Source: Beutenbergiaceae bacterium
GTDB taxonomy: Bacteria; Actinomycetota; Actinomycetes; Actinomycetales; Beutenbergiaceae
Direction of reading: 5' to 3'
Assembly (NCBI GenBank): GCA_047971285.1
Contig: JBKDZO010000066.1
Coordinates: forward strand, 2,491-66,490
Length of the DNA stretch: 64,000 nt
Position numbers and translations under genes: made by a program. Below, piece after piece: positions 61,900 to 64,000 of the stretch. The notes under the pieces were generated by a model. The model had not been told where the DNA came from and ran no database searches. It worked only from the letters and a program-made list of their open reading frames with translations. The stretch's first letter is position 1. Each line of letters opens with the position of its first letter.

Positions 61900-64000
61900 G
61901 TAGTACCACGGCATGTCAGGAGCCGGGCTGTACCGGCAGCTATCAGGATGGCTGGTGCGACGTCTGCGGTTCGAAGCAGCCGGGCGGTTCGGGATCGCCT
62001 GCTACACCCGCCGCGACGACACCGGCCAGCGTTTCGCCGTCGGCGGTCCTGGGGTCGGGCACTGCGGCACCGAGCAGCGCACCGGTGGCACCGGTCGGCG
62101 AATCCGAACCGGAGCACGGTTCCACCCGGACCTCGTCGGCACGATTGGCCTCCGCCGCGATCGGTTCGGCCCGCGTCGGCTCGAAGGTGACCCGAAGGCT
62201 GGGCACCGGCTCCACCCGGCTGCGCGCCCAGCGGCTGGGGGCCGGGCTGACCACGGTGCCGTCCATTCCTGTTGCGGATCCGCTCCAGGAGGTGATGGCG
62301 GTCGCGGAGGTACCGGAATCGAAGCGGTTCTGCTCCAGCTGTCAGGGGCCGGTGGGCCGGTCGCACGACGGGAACCAGGGGCGCACCGCCGGATTCTGTC
62401 CTGCGTGTGGCGCCGCGTATGACTTCGACCCGAGCCTGCAGCCCGGAGAGGTGGTCGGCGGCCAATACGAGGTGGTCGGTGTCCTGGCGCATGGTGGCCT
62501 GGGATGGATCTATCTGGCCCGGGACCGCAACGTATCCGGACGCTGGGTGGTGCTGAAGGGTCTGCTGAACTCCGATGACGCCGACGCGGTGGAGGCCGCG
62601 ATCACCGAACGCCAGTTCCTGGCCGAGGTGGAACATCCGCTGATCGTGGAGATCTACAACTTCGTCACCCACCGCGGCGCCGGTTACACGGTGATGGAGT
62701 ACGTCGGCGGGACATCCCTGAAGCAGATCCTCAAGGATCGGCAGGCAGCCCACGGCGGCGTTGTCACACCGTTGCCGGTCGATCAGGCTCTGGCCTACGT
62801 GCTGGAGGTGCTGCCGGCGTTTGCTTACCTGCACGATCACAACCTGGTCTACTGCGACTTCAAACCCGACAACATCATCCAGGCCGGCGGGAGCGTGAAG
62901 CTGATCGACCTGGGTGGGGTGCGCCGAGTCGACGACAGCACCTCCGCCATCTTCGGGACCAAGGGCTACCAGGCTCCCGAGGTCGGTGAGGAACTACCAT
63001 CACCGGCGTCGGACATCTACACCATCGGCCGCACCTTGGCCACACTGGTGCTGAACTTCCGCGGGAACACCTCGACGTACCTTTCGTCGCTGCCGCCGGT
63101 TGCGGAGACTCCGTTGTTCGGGCGGTACGACTCGTTCTATCGGCTGCTCGCCAAGGCTTGTGCGTTCGACCCCAACGACCGGTTCGCCACCGTCGATGAG
63201 TTGCGGGTTCAGCTGCTGGGAGTGCTGCGCGAGGTCGTGGCCACCGACGACGGCGGAAAGAACGCTGCCACCACCTCGCTTGCCTCACCGCACTTCCACG
63301 CTCCCACGGTCGATGTTCCGGAGCGCCCGCTGCGGTGGGACGAACTACCACGGCTCAGCGTCGATCCCGGCGATCCGATGGTCAGCTTCCTGGCCGGGGT
63401 CAACGTGGCCGACCCGGTGGATCGGTTGAGCATTCTGACCACCGCACCGGAGGTCACCGCGGAGGTGAACCTGGCCAAGGCCTCGGCCGCTCTGGCGGCA
63501 AGGCAGCTGGACATGGTCCGGCACATCCTGGCCGAGATGCTGGCGAGTGACCCTTGGGAATGGCGGGCGCACTGGGTCGGGGGTGTCGCCGACCTGGCGG
63601 CCGGTGATGCGACCTCCGCGATGGCCTCGTTCAACGCCACCTATGGTCAGGTACCGGGGGAGCTGGCACCGAAGCTGGCCCTGGCCACCGCATGTGAGCT
63701 CGGGGGCGAGTCGCAGATCGCGGAGTCGCTGTACCAGATCTGCGCGGCCACCGATGCGAACTATGCGGCGGCCTCCGCTTTCGGCCTGGCCCGGATCCGG
63801 CAAGCACGTGGCGACATCGACGGGGCGCTATCGGCCCTCGATCTGGTGGCGCCGACCCGTAGCTCCTACCCGGCAGCACGGTTGCAACGCGCCGCCGCAC
63901 TGACCCGCTCGGCCAGTGGTATCAGCGACCTGGACGAGGCATTGCGGAGCCTGGACGGAATCGCGATCGAACCGGAGGCCGCCGCGGATCTCCGGATCCA
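61896..64000 (+). CDS. pknG: PknG-like serine/threonine protein kinase (Zn ribbon, rubredoxin-like, kinase and TPR domains), 3'-truncated by the window end
   Basis: This ORF is absent from the supplied track because it has no stop inside the window. My translation from GTG 61896 is open to position 64000. It contains GGQYEVVGVLAHGGLGWIYLARDRNVSGRWVVLKGL, ERQFLAEVEHPLIVEIYNFV, YCDFKPDNII and the CxxC/CxxCG pair FCSSCQG ... FCPACGAAYDF. These closely parallel mycobacterial PknG. A TPR-like tail begins after about 63400. Confidence 0.9.
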   Translation, partial: MSSTTACQEPGCTGSYQDGWCDVCGSKQPGGSGSPATPAATTPASVSPSAVLGSGTAAPSSAPVAPVGESEPEHGSTRTSSARLASAAIGSARVGSKVTRRLGTGSTRLRAQRLGAGLTTVPSIPVADPLQEVMAVAEVPESKRFCSSCQGPVGRSHDGNQGRTAGFCPACGAAYDFDPSLQPGEVVGGQYEVVGVLAHGGLGWIYLARDRNVSGRWVVLKGLLNSDDADAVEAAITERQFLAEVEHPLIVEIYNFVTHRGAGYTVMEYVGGTSLKQILKDRQAAHGGVVTPLPVDQALAYVLEVLPAFAYLHDHNLVYCDFKPDNIIQAGGSVKLIDLGGVRRVDDSTSAIFGTKGYQAPEVGEELPSPASDIYTIGRTLATLVLNFRGNTSTYLSSLPPVAETPLFGRYDSFYRLLAKACAFDPNDRFATVDELRVQLLGVLREVVATDDGGKNAATTSLASPHFHAPTVDVPERPLRWDELPRLSVDPGDPMVSFLAGVNVADPVDRLSILTTAPEVTAEVNLAKASAALAARQLDMVRHILAEMLASDPWEWRAHWVGGVADLAAGDATSAMASFNATYGQVPGELAPKLALATACELGGESQIAESLYQICAATDANYAAASAFGLARIRQARGDIDGALSALDLVAPTRSSYPAARLQRAAALTRSASGISDLDEALRSLDGIAIEPEAAADLRI

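Noticed and set aside
61913-62422. A 169-aa plus-strand ORF, and other short ORFs listed between 61900 and 64000, taken as the coding content of this region
   Set aside because: They are off-frame relative to the uninterrupted PknG-like reading frame starting at 61896, which carries clear kinase motifs. The real gene is missing from the track only because it lacks a stop inside the window.

Overview
The window reads as a high-GC Actinomycetota chromosomal core segment, densely coding and mostly housekeeping. I saw no rRNA, tRNA, CRISPR array, transposase or prophage signal.

Gene content in order:
- A Trp-rich orphan ORF, then uvrB.
- A divergent amino-sugar-like cluster: BadF-type kinase, RpiR/MurR regulator, UPF0309-type SIS protein, and an ABC binding protein with two permeases.
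- A probable Mn2+ (yybP-ykoY) riboswitch in front of a TerC-family gene.
- An MBL hydrolase, uvrA and an OsmC-like gene.
- A tandem glycine riboswitch driving gcvP-gcvT-gcvH-glyA-sdaA.
- A DUF5058-like protein, a second membrane protein, an M20 amidohydrolase and a TetR regulator.
- uvrC-rapZ-yvcK-whiA, gap-pgk-tpiA, secG, and rbpA followed by an unknown gene.
- The minus-strand pentose-phosphate operon tkt-tal-zwf-opcA-pgl.
- ctaB, xerD, parA-scpA-scpB-rluB.
- A conserved unknown trio: histidine phosphatase, DUF3090-like zinc-ribbon protein and an SCO1664-like atypical kinase.
- tyrA-cmk-plsC-der and an FGGY kinase.
- A tightly coupled seven-gene block, TelA-like / unknown / CbxX-type AAA+ / GlnX-like / GlnH-like / coiled-coil unknown / PknG-like kinase. 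The kinase gene runs off the 3' end of the window.

The best candidates for undescribed biology are the extended TelA-AAA-GlnX-GlnH-X-PknG operon, the phosphatase/zinc-ribbon/kinase-like trio, and the two-membrane-protein plus M20 hydrolase module.

Many very long ORFs in the supplied track are antisense shadows of real genes or upstream read-through extensions. I re-placed several start codons using conserved N-termini, ATGA/GTGA stop-start overlaps and the riboswitch positions. All family assignments come from reading motifs by eye. No searches were run.
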